A program made the translations under genes and the position numbers. The notes under the pieces were generated by a model, which saw nothing but the letters and a program-made list of their open reading frames with translations, made no database searches and had not been told where the DNA came from. Positions 36,786 through 46,438 of a stretch of 64,000 bases of DNA are shown here, piece by piece. Source of the DNA: a virus (taxonomy: Duplodnaviria; Caudoviricetes). Numbering within the stretch: position 1 is the first letter of the stretch; each line of letters opens with the position of its first letter. The DNA lies in the IMG/VR virus record IMGVR_UViG_3300045450_000252, positions 13,534-77,533 of that record; one strand, written 5' to 3'.

Positions 36786-37513
36786 GCGCCTACTACGCCC
36801 GCCGCCGCGCCGCTGCGCTTCAGTTCGACCGCCCCACCGGGGCGGCCTTTCGCTTCACGGGCGAGTCGCTGCAAGCCAGTGGCGGGCTGGTGAGCGGCTG
36901 GCGTGATGAAGTCAGCGGCCTCGTGCTGCCAGCAAACGGGCAGATAGCCTACACGCCAGCCGACGCCCGGCTCAATAATCAGCCCACTGCTACCATCAGC
37001 CGCACCGACTACTTCGGCAGCTTTCAGCTCAACGTCACGGGGCCGCTGACCGTGGCCATCGTCTGCCGTCTGGAGCGCCGGGCCGACGAGTTTTACCAGA
37101 GTGGCCTCTTTGTGCAGCAGGCCCCGAACGGTAGTTTTTCGGGCCTCAATGCTGGCCAGTACGGGCGCAACCCCGCCTGGAACGGGCGCGGGCGGGACTT
37201 CGTCAACACCACCGGCTACGATGCATTGGCCCCACGCGCCCACGTGGCCAGCCTGCGCAATGCCTTTGATATTAGTACTCTACGCTTATTTCAAAACAAT
37301 ACCGAGCTCAGTCCGCTCCAGGTTGGCGACAACGTGCAGGCCACCTCTTCGACCTGCTGGATAGGCCATTTGTACGCGGATACCCAGTTCAATATCTGTG
37401 GCCCCGTCGCCTACGCGGAGGGGTTTACCCGCGTGCTTACAGAAGACGAATTGCTGAGCCTGAATGGCTGGCTGGCTCAGCAGTATGACCTCACCGAACT
37501 TATCCTCGACTAA
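36782..37513 (+). CDS. LamG/ConA-like domain protein, probable receptor-binding
   Basis: LTVAIV...HVASL...LRLFQN...WIG...G.VA...R.LT..E....WL...Y pattern. Confidence 0.6.
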   Translation: MSAYYARRRAAALQFDRPTGAAFRFTGESLQASGGLVSGWRDEVSGLVLPANGQIAYTPADARLNNQPTATISRTDYFGSFQLNVTGPLTVAIVCRLERRADEFYQSGLFVQQAPNGSFSGLNAGQYGRNPAWNGRGRDFVNTTGYDALAPRAHVASLRNAFDISTLRLFQNNTELSPLQVGDNVQATSSTCWIGHLYADTQFNICGPVAYAEGFTRVLTEDELLSLNGWLAQQYDLTELILD

Positions 37514-37514
37514 G

Positions 37515-37990
37515 ATGCTCGTACGTGCCCCGCGCAAAAACCTGCGCCTACTGCTGCCAGATGTGGTTATCGGCCGCACCACCTTCAAACAAGTGGCCTA
37601 CGTCACCCGGCAAGGCTTCACGCAGCCCCGCTCGACTGGCGAGGTTTCTGCCGCCATCGTGGCCGAGGTCGTGCGCTACGCCGTGGACGAGAGCCAGCCG
37701 GACGGGCTGGGCGTGGAGCTGGCCGAGTTCAACCCCCGCGACCCGGTGCGCCTGATTGGCACCAACGACACGCTCCTGTATGCCGACACGGGCGAGGTAT
37801 CCCTACAGCGCACCACCGAGGCGCTGCCCGACTGGCTGGCTGCTTGCCAGGCGAAGGCAATGGAGGAGGAGCCCCGGTCGGTGATTTGGCAAAGCGATGC
37901 GTTCGAGCTGCTGCTGGAGCAAGAGGTAGTCGTCGCGCAGATTCGCCACCACTTAGCTGCTGCGCTAGCCTATCATTTCGCGCCCAATGA
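37515..37990 (+). CDS. Hypothetical protein lacking a stop at the expected place (frame stays open to 38516)
   Basis: Protein-like to about 37980; then runs through a small ORF and a terminator. Confidence 0.5.
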
Positions 37991-38016
37991 TGCCGCCGAT
38001 CAACTCATGTTGTGCA

Positions 38017-38133
38017 ATGCACCACCTACTTCACTACTTAGCGAACAACTGGGGCCGCTGCCTGCTGGTAGCTCTGACTGCCGCTGTTGTCGCTGCCGGC
38101 ACGTTACTACTACCTGTCTCTTTTCAACCCTAA
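38017..38133 (+). CDS. 38-aa single-TM protein
   Basis: MHHLLHYLANNWGRCLLVALTAAVVAAGTLLLPVSFQP, followed by a terminator. Confidence 0.5.
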   Translation: MHHLLHYLANNWGRCLLVALTAAVVAAGTLLLPVSFQP

Positions 38134-38139
38134 CCTCGC

Positions 38140-38205
38140 GCCCCGGCCCACTCGGCCGGGGCTTTTTATTGTCCTTTTTGCGGGCGCGGACCGCTGGCAG
38201 CTTTG
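38140..38205 (+). promoter_or_regulatory. Terminator followed by late-promoter motif
   Basis: Hairpin plus T-run 38140-38167; GTCCTTT 38171-38177, N24, TTTG 38202-38205. Confidence 0.7.
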
Positions 38206-38224
38206 CATCATTCAATCCTGCAAG

Positions 38225-39166
38225 ATGCTCGGTCTCGTTTCCCGCTTATCCTCTTCGCCCTGGGCGCTTTCGCTGGCCCACGCGCACTCCTCGCTGCCGC
38301 TACTGGCCAGCCTACTCATGGGCACGGCCTCGGTGCAGGAGGCTGACTTTGCCGCGGCCCGCGCCGCCGCTGCTCCCGTCGACTACCAGGTTACGCTGGC
38401 CACGCGCTCGGGCTTCGTGGCCTACGGTGCCCGCCAACAGGCCGGCCCGGGCGGCACCGGCGGGGGTACCACCGACGGCATCCTGGTGCGCGTCATGTCG
38501 GTGGAGGGGCCGCTGATGAAGGCCGACCAGTTTTGCGGCCCCACGGGCCTGATGACGCTGGCCAGCAACCTACAGCGCACGGCCAAGGACTCGGATATCT
38601 CGGCCGTACTGCTCAAGGTGGACTCGCCCGGTGGCCAGGTATATGGCACCCAGAGCGTGGTCGACGCCATCCAGGCGTGCCAGGATGCGGGTAAGCCCGT
38701 CGTCGCCCTGTGCGAGGACGGGCTGATGTGCTCGGCCGCCTACTGGATTGGCTCCAAGGCCAATACCATCATCGCCAGCCACGAGTCGTGCACCATCGGC
38801 AGCATCGGCGTGATGGCGAGCTGGACCGACGTGCAGCCCTACTTCGAGAAGCTGGGCGTGGCCTTCCACCAGGTGTATGCCGAGCAGTCGAGCCAGAAGA
38901 ACGCCGACTTCGCCGCCGCTGCCCAGGGCGACTACTCGGGCGTGCAGGCTGGCCTGACGGCTATCGCCGGCTCCTTCCTGGGCGCGGTGCAGGCCAACCG
39001 CGCCGGTAAGCTCGACGCCAGAAAATTCGACAAGTCGGGGGCCAGCCAGGGCAAGACCTTCTTCGCCAGCGAGGCCGGCGACATCGGCCTTATTGACGCC
39101 ATCGGCTCCTTCCAGGACGCGCTGGGCGAGTGCGTGCGCCTGGTGCAAGCCCAGCAAAAATCATAG
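38225..39166 (+). CDS. S49/SppA-family prohead protease
   Basis: DSPGG, CSAAYWIGS and IGSIGV. Confidence 0.9.
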   Translation: MLGLVSRLSSSPWALSLAHAHSSLPLLASLLMGTASVQEADFAAARAAAAPVDYQVTLATRSGFVAYGARQQAGPGGTGGGTTDGILVRVMSVEGPLMKADQFCGPTGLMTLASNLQRTAKDSDISAVLLKVDSPGGQVYGTQSVVDAIQACQDAGKPVVALCEDGLMCSAAYWIGSKANTIIASHESCTIGSIGVMASWTDVQPYFEKLGVAFHQVYAEQSSQKNADFAAAAQGDYSGVQAGLTAIAGSFLGAVQANRAGKLDARKFDKSGASQGKTFFASEAGDIGLIDAIGSFQDALGECVRLVQAQQKS

Positions 39167-39191
39167 TCTCCTCTTTTTCACCTCACTACTC

Positions 39192-39650
39192 ATGAAGTTT
39201 TTTGGATTGGGCGCTGCTGCGCCGCTTACCCTGGGCGTGGCCATGCAGGCCCTCATTGGCCAGGAAACCGTCTCGGCCGAGCAGGTCGATGCCGCCAACA
39301 CCGAACTCGCCACTGCCGGCCTCAAGGGTGCGCAGCTCGTGCCCGGCGCGGTACTCGACGAGCTGACCACTAAGGCCGGCCGCGCCGAGACCGCCGAGGC
39401 CAGCATCAACGCCACCACGGCCGCCCTGGCGGCCGCTGGGGTCGCCGACCTGACCGCCCTGGTCGCCGAGCGCGATGCCTACAAGCTCAAGGCCGACAAG
39501 TTCGACAAGGCCCCCGGTGCCAGCCACACCACGCCCACGCTCACCCCCGGTGCCTCCGACGTGACTCCGACCGAGCCCGATGCTGACCAGAAGGCCATCG
39601 GCGAGCTGAGTCACAACAAGGCGCTGGCCGGCCACCCCATGTTCGGCTAG
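39192..39650 (+). CDS. Probable scaffolding protein
   Basis: Ala-rich helical ORF between protease and capsid. Confidence 0.6.
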   Translation: MKFFGLGAAAPLTLGVAMQALIGQETVSAEQVDAANTELATAGLKGAQLVPGAVLDELTTKAGRAETAEASINATTAALAAAGVADLTALVAERDAYKLKADKFDKAPGASHTTPTLTPGASDVTPTEPDADQKAIGELSHNKALAGHPMFG

Positions 39651-39711
39651 GCTCTTCGCTGGCTCTCACCGCTCGTTTTCTCATTCGTCACCTTTTTACC
39701 GTCAAGCCCTT

Positions 39712-40707
39712 ATGGCCATTGATATCGACGAACTCAAAGCCGAGTTCGGCATTTACTACCGCGACGGCGGCCAGAACCTGGCCCGTGTACTCAAGAAGCC
39801 TTACCTCTCCTCGCAGACCGAGGCGCTGTTTGGCTTACTGCCCACCGACGACACGTCGTACCAGATGGCGATTGCCGAACTGGACCGCGTGCTGCAGCCC
39901 TTTCAGATTGGCTGGACCCCGGTGGGCAGCCTCCAGGTCGCCCCCATCACCCTGACCCAGACCCCCTTCAAGGTTGACGTCGAGGAGAACCCCGACAAGC
40001 TCGAAAACTCCTGGCTGGGTTTCCTGGCCGATAGCAACCTCGACCGTGCGCAGTGGCCGTTCGTGCGCTGGCTGGTGGAGGAGCACCTCTACGCCCGCAT
40101 GGACCAGGACTACGAGCTGGGCGAGATTTACCTCGGTAAGTACGCGGCTCCTACGCCTGGCGTAGCTGGGGCGCTGGGCACGGGCATGGATGGCATCCGC
40201 ACCATCATCAACCGGGCCGTGCAGCAGAGCAAAATCACGCCCATCGCGATGGGGGCCATCCCCACCGACCCGCTGGCCTTCTGCGAGTACATCGAGAGCT
40301 TCGTTGACAAGTTCACCCTGCGCTATCGGGGCCAGGCGATGGAGGTGTGCATGAACCTGACGCTGGCCCGGCGCTACGCCAAGGGTCGCCACCAGAAGTA
40401 CAAGTCCGATATCGCCGACCCCACGGCCCGCCAGATTCTCGACGGCAATGGCAACGTGCTGCTCACCTCGCCGATTGAATTCACCAACCACACGGTGGTG
40501 GGCCTGCTCTCGATGGGCGACTCGCTCAAAATCTGGGCGACCAACAAGGAAAACCGCAAGCGCCTGGCCAAGAAGACGGTCAACACCCGCCAGGTGCGCA
40601 TCGAAAGCGCTAAACGCTCGGTGAGCATCCTCACCGACTTCTATAAGGGCGTGGGCTTCCCCATCCTGGAAGCCGTGTTCACCAACGAGCAGGATTTGAC
40701 CTTGTAA
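39712..40707 (+). CDS. Probable major capsid protein
   Basis: 331 aa after protease and scaffold; strongly biased codons. Confidence 0.72.
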   Translation: MAIDIDELKAEFGIYYRDGGQNLARVLKKPYLSSQTEALFGLLPTDDTSYQMAIAELDRVLQPFQIGWTPVGSLQVAPITLTQTPFKVDVEENPDKLENSWLGFLADSNLDRAQWPFVRWLVEEHLYARMDQDYELGEIYLGKYAAPTPGVAGALGTGMDGIRTIINRAVQQSKITPIAMGAIPTDPLAFCEYIESFVDKFTLRYRGQAMEVCMNLTLARRYAKGRHQKYKSDIADPTARQILDGNGNVLLTSPIEFTNHTVVGLLSMGDSLKIWATNKENRKRLAKKTVNTRQVRIESAKRSVSILTDFYKGVGFPILEAVFTNEQDLTL

Positions 40708-40809
40708 AGCCCCCGCTCGCCCGTCCCACCGGGGCAACACGCCGGCCCATTCCAGTAGCGAGTGGGCCGGCTTTGGCGGCAGCACCCCGTTCATTTTTCC
40801 CTTACTACT

Positions 40810-41142
40810 ATGGCCGATACGCCGAAAACCGACGCGCAACTCATTGCTGACTTGCAGGAACAACTCAAAAAGGTCACCGAAGAATCGGAGGCCAAGGACA
40901 ACATCATCGAGACCCAGGGCGAGCAGCTCGTGGCCGCCCAGGCCCAGGGTGCGGGCCAGCTCTCGGTGGTGACCCACGACAAGCAGACCTACCAGGTGCT
41001 GGCCGGCCAGTTCAGCCTCGACGACGAGCTCATCAAGCACCACGAGCTGAAGGGCAAGCCCGAGCTGGTGAAAAAGCTCGTGGAGGAGAACTCGCCCCTG
41101 CTCCAGCTGCTGCCCAAAAAAGAGGAGAAGGCCAAGAAATAG
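40810..41142 (+). CDS. Small head-associated hypothetical protein
   Basis: Follows capsid; coiled-coil N-terminus. Confidence 0.7.
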   Translation: MADTPKTDAQLIADLQEQLKKVTEESEAKDNIIETQGEQLVAAQAQGAGQLSVVTHDKQTYQVLAGQFSLDDELIKHHELKGKPELVKKLVEENSPLLQLLPKKEEKAKK

Positions 41143-41186
41143 CCCGCCTGGCCCACGCTTAATCGCTCATCCGCAACTTATTCAGC

Positions 41187-41723
41187 ATGAATACTTACGC
41201 ACTCACTCATCAGCTCGGCCCGCAGGGCGACGATAACACGCCTGGCTTGCTGGGCTACGTGCTCGTCGCCCGCGAGGACGCCTTCAAGACCCTCGCCAAA
41301 GCGCCCAAAGTGGGCGTCAACCCCGGCGACACGGCCATCATCGTCGACAGCCACGTGTTCAAAGACCCAGCCGATGGCTGGGCCAAGGTGTACATGACCC
41401 TGGAATCGAACAAGCTCAAGGCCGCCCTTGTGGGCGAGCGCGACGGCAAGGGCATCAAGATTGATTTCGAGGGCTTCCACCCCGGCAACAAGGCCTCCAC
41501 GCTCGAGTTTGCCCGCATCGTCAAAAACCTGGGCCTCATCATGCTCGTGCCCGATGCCGACGGCACCTACCTGCAGGTGGGCCAGGAGGGCCTGCCTGTG
41601 GAGCTGGCCCCCGACTATGACTCGGGCACGCTCAACGCCGGCCGTCGGGGCTTCACTATCAAGGGCACGGCCTACGCCACGGGCCTCTACATCTACGCCG
41701 GGGCCGCTAACCTGAAAAACTAG
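41187..41723 (+). CDS. Probable major tail (tube) protein
   Basis: Beta-rich 178 aa; counterpart of 1-435. Confidence 0.6.
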   Translation: MNTYALTHQLGPQGDDNTPGLLGYVLVAREDAFKTLAKAPKVGVNPGDTAIIVDSHVFKDPADGWAKVYMTLESNKLKAALVGERDGKGIKIDFEGFHPGNKASTLEFARIVKNLGLIMLVPDADGTYLQVGQEGLPVELAPDYDSGTLNAGRRGFTIKGTAYATGLYIYAGAANLKN

Positions 41724-41921
41724 ATGGCTGCCTCTCCCCACCAGCTCCAGCCCGAGGTAGCGGCCAGGTACCGCTGCACCGTCGAGCCCTGCGTAGTGCT
41801 GCTGCTCTGGCTCGACCGCCGCGTCGACCTGCGCACGCTCAGCCTGGCTGAGGCCGATGAGCTGGTGAAAGACCGCAGGTTCACCTACCTCGTCCCACGT
41901 CGCACCCGCAAGAAACCGTGA
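41724..41921 (+). CDS. Small hypothetical protein
   Basis: Abuts the previous stop; followed by a terminator. Confidence 0.6.
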   Translation: MAASPHQLQPEVAARYRCTVEPCVVLLLWLDRRVDLRTLSLAEADELVKDRRFTYLVPRRTRKKP

Positions 41922-41952
41922 GCGAGCGAGGTGTAGGGTAGCCTGCTCCAAC

Positions 41953-42021
41953 GCCCCGCTGCCAGCGTGCAGTGGGGCTTTTTTATGTCCTTTCGGCCCG
42001 GGGGGCTCGCCAGCAACTTCG
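41953..42021 (+). promoter_or_regulatory. Terminator followed by late-promoter motif
   Basis: Hairpin plus T-run; GTCCTTT 41987-41993, N24, TTCG 42018-42021; ATG at 42026. Confidence 0.7.
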
Positions 42022-42025
42022 GGGT

Positions 42026-42643
42026 ATGAATGCTGCCGACATCCGCACCTGGCTGGCCTCGGGCCAGGATTTTGCCCCGGGCGTGGCCCTCTACGACGAG
42101 CTGGGCACTAGTGACGTGTTCAAGCGCCTGTTCAGCCTGGGAGCGTCGGCTTACAGCCAGGGTGTGCTGCTGCGCGAGCTGAAGGCTCTGGCCGCAGAGC
42201 CGCCCGCCGCCGTAGCCCCGCCCGCCCCTGCGCCGGCTGGCCCAGCAGCGCCTCAGCCGGCCCACGCCCCGGCTGAAGCGCTGCTCGTGGACCTGGCCCG
42301 CCAGCTCAAGGCCGTGCGCGACGAGCGCAGCCACCTGCATCCGCAGCTCACTGCGCCGGGCCTGCGCAAGACCGGCCGCCAGAAGCTGGCCCAGCAAATC
42401 GTGGGGCTAACCGACCGGGAAAACGAGTTAAAGGCCACCCTGGCCCACGTGCGGGAGCACGGCCGCCTGCCCGGCCCGGTGCCCGTGGCAGACATCGCTG
42501 ACCGCGAGCAGCTACGCCGGCTGCTTACCAACCGCCGCGCCCAGCGCAGCAAACTCAAGAAAGACCTGCCCGCCCGTGCGGCCGACTTGGCCCGCGTGCA
42601 GGCCGATATCGACCTGCTTATCCAAAAACTTGCTTCTGCATGA
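42026..42643 (+). CDS. Conserved phage hypothetical protein
   Basis: Homolog of 552-1190. Confidence 0.75.
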   Translation: MNAADIRTWLASGQDFAPGVALYDELGTSDVFKRLFSLGASAYSQGVLLRELKALAAEPPAAVAPPAPAPAGPAAPQPAHAPAEALLVDLARQLKAVRDERSHLHPQLTAPGLRKTGRQKLAQQIVGLTDRENELKATLAHVREHGRLPGPVPVADIADREQLRRLLTNRRAQRSKLKKDLPARAADLARVQADIDLLIQKLASA

Positions 42644-43311
42644 GTACCTCCTTGCCTTCTGTAACTGATTTGCCCGGTGCCGACCAAGTGCCTCTGCCCA
42701 GCTCCACGGCCATTGAGCGCATCTACGCGGCCTACATCGAGAACACGCTCTCGCAGCTCAACGCGGCCGATAAGACCACCCATGCCGAGCTGGAGGCGGC
42801 CTACGCTTTGATTCTCAACTACCACACCTTTGAGCAGGCCTGGCCCCTGCTGGCCCGGCAGTTTGAGCTGAGCCGGGCTTCTTGCTACCGCCGCCTGGCT
42901 GACTCGCAAAACCTGTTTGGCGACCTCAAAAAAGTCAAGAAGGAGGGACGCCGGACGGTGCTGGCGGATTTCGCCCGCAAGTTGCTCCAACTCTGCCTGG
43001 GCCAGCGCCCACCCGACGTGAAGGGCGCGCTGGCGGCCATGAAATTTGAGGCCAACCTTACGGGCCTGCTGCGGGCCGATGCCCACGGCGAGGAGGGCAC
43101 CGGCGGGGTAGGAGCGACCACTTACATCATCAATTTGCAGGTGCAGGGCCGCAAGGCCCGGCCCATCGACATTCACAAGCTCGACGACATTTCCGATGCC
43201 GATTATGAGCTGGTGCAGGAGGCCGTGGCCAGCCAGGTGTTCGGGGCCACTGCGATGGAAGTCATGCTCGCTGACCGCCGGGCCTTGGAGGAAGGGGGGG
43301 CGGCGTCGTGA
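42640..43311 (+). CDS. Probable terminase small subunit (HTH)
   Basis: LARQFELSRASCYRRL HTH; overlaps terL. Confidence 0.6.
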   Translation: MSTSLPSVTDLPGADQVPLPSSTAIERIYAAYIENTLSQLNAADKTTHAELEAAYALILNYHTFEQAWPLLARQFELSRASCYRRLADSQNLFGDLKKVKKEGRRTVLADFARKLLQLCLGQRPPDVKGALAAMKFEANLTGLLRADAHGEEGTGGVGATTYIINLQVQGRKARPIDIHKLDDISDADYELVQEAVASQVFGATAMEVMLADRRALEEGGAAS

Positions 43312-45008
43312 GCCTCATCGACCGGGTACAACTCGACTTCAACCAGGCCCAGCTGCGCTACGTCACGGCCCGGGGCACCAAGGAGGGCATCAGCATCTGG
43401 GGCCGGGGCACGGGCAAGTCCAGCATCATTGCCTGGGACATGCACAAAATCGTGACCACCATGCCCCGCTCGTGCTGGGTGATTGTGGGCTCGACCTACA
43501 AGCAGGTGCTCACCCGCACGTTGCCCTCCACGGTGGCCAGCCTCGAGCGCCTGGGCTACAAGCTGGGCCGCGATTTCTACATCGGCCGCAAGCCGCCGCC
43601 CTCCCAAAACTGGGAGCATCCCTTTCAGGGGCCGCTGAGCTACGACCACTTCATCATTTTTCGCAATGGCACGGGCTTTCACCTGGTGAGCCTGGATGCC
43701 GGGGGCTCGGCCTCGCGGGGCCTGAACGTGGATGGCTTTATCGGTGACGAGGCCCTGCTCTTCGATAAAAATAAGCTCGACGCCGACCTCTCGGCCACCA
43801 ACCGGGGCAACGGCCAGTACTTCGGCAAAAACCCCATGCACCACGGCGTTTTTCTTTTCAGCTCGATGCCCTGGGGCGACCAGGGCCGCTGGCTGCTGGA
43901 TAAGGCCAAATACTATGAGAATGAGGGTATAGACCTCGTGGAGCAGCGCCGCGAGCTGCTCGATGCCCAGGTGCGCTTTCTGGACGCCAACAGCGAGGGC
44001 GACGAGGCCATGCTGGCCATCTGGCGCGACGAGGTGGTGCCCTTGCTTCAGAAGGTGCAGTTTTTCCCGTCCAAGGCGCAGCGCGGCACTTTCTACTCGG
44101 AGGCCAACGCCTTTGACAACATCCGGAACCTGGGCTTGCAGTACTTGCTTGACCAGCGCCGGTTTATGACCGATTTTACGTTTCAGATTGAGATGATGAA
44201 CCGCCGGCCTACGACGGTCAAAAACGGCTTTTACCCCCGGCTCAACCAGGCCGTGCACGTGCAGGAGTGCGCCGCCGACGACACGCTGCTGGGCCTGGTC
44301 GACGAGCAGGGCCTGGGCCACCACCTCAAGCTGCTCAAGGGCCTGGTGGACAAGCCCGACTCGCGCCTCGATAGCGATTGCCGCTCGCACCAGCCCCTGC
44401 GCATCTCGGTGGACTTTGGGGCGCGCATCACTACCTGCTGGGTGGGCCAGCCCCACCGCGACGTGGGCGAGTATCGCCACCTGGGTGGCTTCCACGTCAA
44501 GTTTCCCGCCTTCATCGACGAGTTGGTGGGTAATATCTGCGAGTACTACCGCTACCACCTGCGCCGCGAGGTGGAGTTTCTCTCCGACGAGGAGTACGGT
44601 GACGCCCGCCGGCCCGACAGTGAGTTTACGCTCAACGAGCGCTTCATGCGGGCCTTCCTCAAGCGGGGCTGGCGCATTCAGCGCTTCGGGCTGGGCCGCA
44701 TCCCAGGCCACCCCACGCGCTACATGCTAGCCCATGACCTGCTCGCCGAGGACGACCCCAAGCTGCTGCGCCAGCGCTTCAACAAGGAGCGCTGCAAGGA
44801 CGGCATCACGGCCATGCTGCTGGCCCCGGTTAGTCAGGACAGCAAGGGCCGCATCAAAAAGGTGAAAACCAGCGAGCAGAAGGAGAGCTTCCCCGCCGAG
44901 CACGCCACCCACTACACCGACAACATCGACCTGCATTTCCTCTCCTGCGGCACCGATATCGTCAACGCCTCGGTGGACTTCAGTCAGTTGGGGGTGTTTA
45001 GCACGTAA
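43308..45008 (+). CDS. terL: Terminase large subunit
   Basis: WGRGTGKS, FIGDEA and SVDFG. Confidence 0.88.
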   Translation: MSLIDRVQLDFNQAQLRYVTARGTKEGISIWGRGTGKSSIIAWDMHKIVTTMPRSCWVIVGSTYKQVLTRTLPSTVASLERLGYKLGRDFYIGRKPPPSQNWEHPFQGPLSYDHFIIFRNGTGFHLVSLDAGGSASRGLNVDGFIGDEALLFDKNKLDADLSATNRGNGQYFGKNPMHHGVFLFSSMPWGDQGRWLLDKAKYYENEGIDLVEQRRELLDAQVRFLDANSEGDEAMLAIWRDEVVPLLQKVQFFPSKAQRGTFYSEANAFDNIRNLGLQYLLDQRRFMTDFTFQIEMMNRRPTTVKNGFYPRLNQAVHVQECAADDTLLGLVDEQGLGHHLKLLKGLVDKPDSRLDSDCRSHQPLRISVDFGARITTCWVGQPHRDVGEYRHLGGFHVKFPAFIDELVGNICEYYRYHLRREVEFLSDEEYGDARRPDSEFTLNERFMRAFLKRGWRIQRFGLGRIPGHPTRYMLAHDLLAEDDPKLLRQRFNKERCKDGITAMLLAPVSQDSKGRIKKVKTSEQKESFPAEHATHYTDNIDLHFLSCGTDIVNASVDFSQLGVFST

Positions 45009-45038
45009 CGCAAAGCAGACGGGCGATAGCCTGAGTTG

Positions 45039-45101
45039 TACGAAGCCACCAAAAAGGGGGCGTTAGCCAGTAGCTAACGCCCCCTTTTTGGTGGCTTCGT
45101 A
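45039..45101. terminator. 29-bp perfect inverted repeat between convergent genes
   Basis: Arms 45039-45067 and 45073-45101 with a 5-nt loop. Confidence 0.75.
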
Positions 45102-45141
45102 TAGCGCGAATTAGGAGCTTGTGATAAGCCCGCGGCTACGA

Positions 45142-45453
45142 TTAATAGTCGTCCAGACCACGGACATACGCACGCCAGTAGAACGGGTCATAGCCAACTT
45201 CCCGGGCGTGCCGAACTGCAATGGCCCGCTCGGCCTCCAGCGCTTCTTCGTACTCGGGGGTTCCCTTGCCGTACTGCTGGTCTAGTTGAGCCGCAAACGC
45301 CGTTCCATCTGCATAGCCCGACGCAGTTAGCGCAACCTGCGACGTGAGGGCTACCTGCGTAGGTACACTGCCCCGCGCAGTGGCTGGGGTTGCACAGCAG
45401 TAACTGCCTGCCAGCAATAGCGCTAGCGAGAAAGCAACATTAGCTTTTTTCAT
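45142..45453 (-). CDS. Small secreted protein (moron)
   Basis: MKKANVAFSLALLLAG signal; opposite strand to the late genes; absent from prophage A. Confidence 0.6.
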   Translation of the reverse strand: MKKANVAFSLALLLAGSYCCATPATARGSVPTQVALTSQVALTASGYADGTAFAAQLDQQYGKGTPEYEEALEAERAIAVRHAREVGYDPFYWRAYVRGLDDY

Positions 45454-45824
45454 GAGGAAAGGGAAAAGGAATGGAGAGAATACGCCCTTGCTGTAGGTAA
45501 AGGCGCAGTAGCAAAGGAAGGGGTCCTCGCAACTGTGCAAAAGGACATAATAGGAAAATTCAGGACATCGAGCCTGGTGCTTACTTAAGGGTTTTATGCT
45601 GCTTATTCCGACTTACTTCTTATTTTAATTATATTTCAAGGGTTGTTCGATTTGTGTTGTTGCTAGTAGCCAGGATGTTATCACAAGGGGTTAGGATAGG
45701 TTAGGCCAGTGCGTAAAATAAACTTTGCCTCGAAGTATAGCGCACGAAATACAGCTAGTTAGTTCTGGATTAGGGCAAGTGAGCCACTTATCAGGTAGCG
45801 CTACTCAGCAACGGCCCCAGGCAG

Positions 45825-45974
45825 ATATCCCCCGAGGCAGCCCCCGGCAACTGCCAGTGCCCGACAGTGCAAGCCGGGGAATCCTGCTCGACCCGTGAGA
45901 CTGTGAAACGCCAAAACGGCCCAAAATCGCTGTTTCCAGCGCGCCAGGGTACTTCGCGTTGAGATTGGACTTTT
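45825..45974. other. Conserved non-coding block, candidate cos/pac
   Basis: Aligns with 3556-3701. Confidence 0.45.
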
Positions 45975-46005
45975 ACCCTTTTGCGGGCCGCTGAGGGGTT
46001 TTTGT

Positions 46006-46040
46006 GTCCTTTTGGCTGGCAGTGGTCGGCGGGTACTTCG
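46006..46040 (+). promoter_or_regulatory. Phage late-promoter motif
   Basis: GTCCTTT-N24-TTCG; ATG at 46049. Confidence 0.7.
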
Positions 46041-46048
46041 TGGCACCA

Positions 46049-46435
46049 ATGAAGGCCCCGACTACTCCCGTTATCCGCTTAAAAGATGCCCTGGCCCTGC
46101 TCGACGGGCCGGCCCCGGTCGCCGTGCGCTGGGTCACCTACGACCGCCGCCGGGGCACGGGCGGCGAGTTCCGCGAGCTGGCCGGCGCGCGCCTGGGCCG
46201 GGGCCAGCCCACTACCGGGCAGGCTACGCTGCGCCCTCCCGCGGCCGCTGAGGAAACCGACGACGAGCGCGCCGCCGTCGCGGCCACCGGCCAGGTACCG
46301 ATACCCAGCGGCGGCAAAGACCCCGCCCACTGGCTCAACGCCACCCGCAACCTAGTGGATACGGCCACGGGCAAGCTTATCAAAATCCACCTCTACCTGC
46401 TCACGCACGTCGCGGGGCGCAAAGTCTACCTCTAA
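46049..46435 (+). CDS. Conserved phage hypothetical protein before portal
   Basis: Homolog of 3792-4136. Confidence 0.8.
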   Translation: MKAPTTPVIRLKDALALLDGPAPVAVRWVTYDRRRGTGGEFRELAGARLGRGQPTTGQATLRPPAAAEETDDERAAVAATGQVPIPSGGKDPAHWLNATRNLVDTATGKLIKIHLYLLTHVAGRKVYL

Positions 46436-46438
46436 TCC

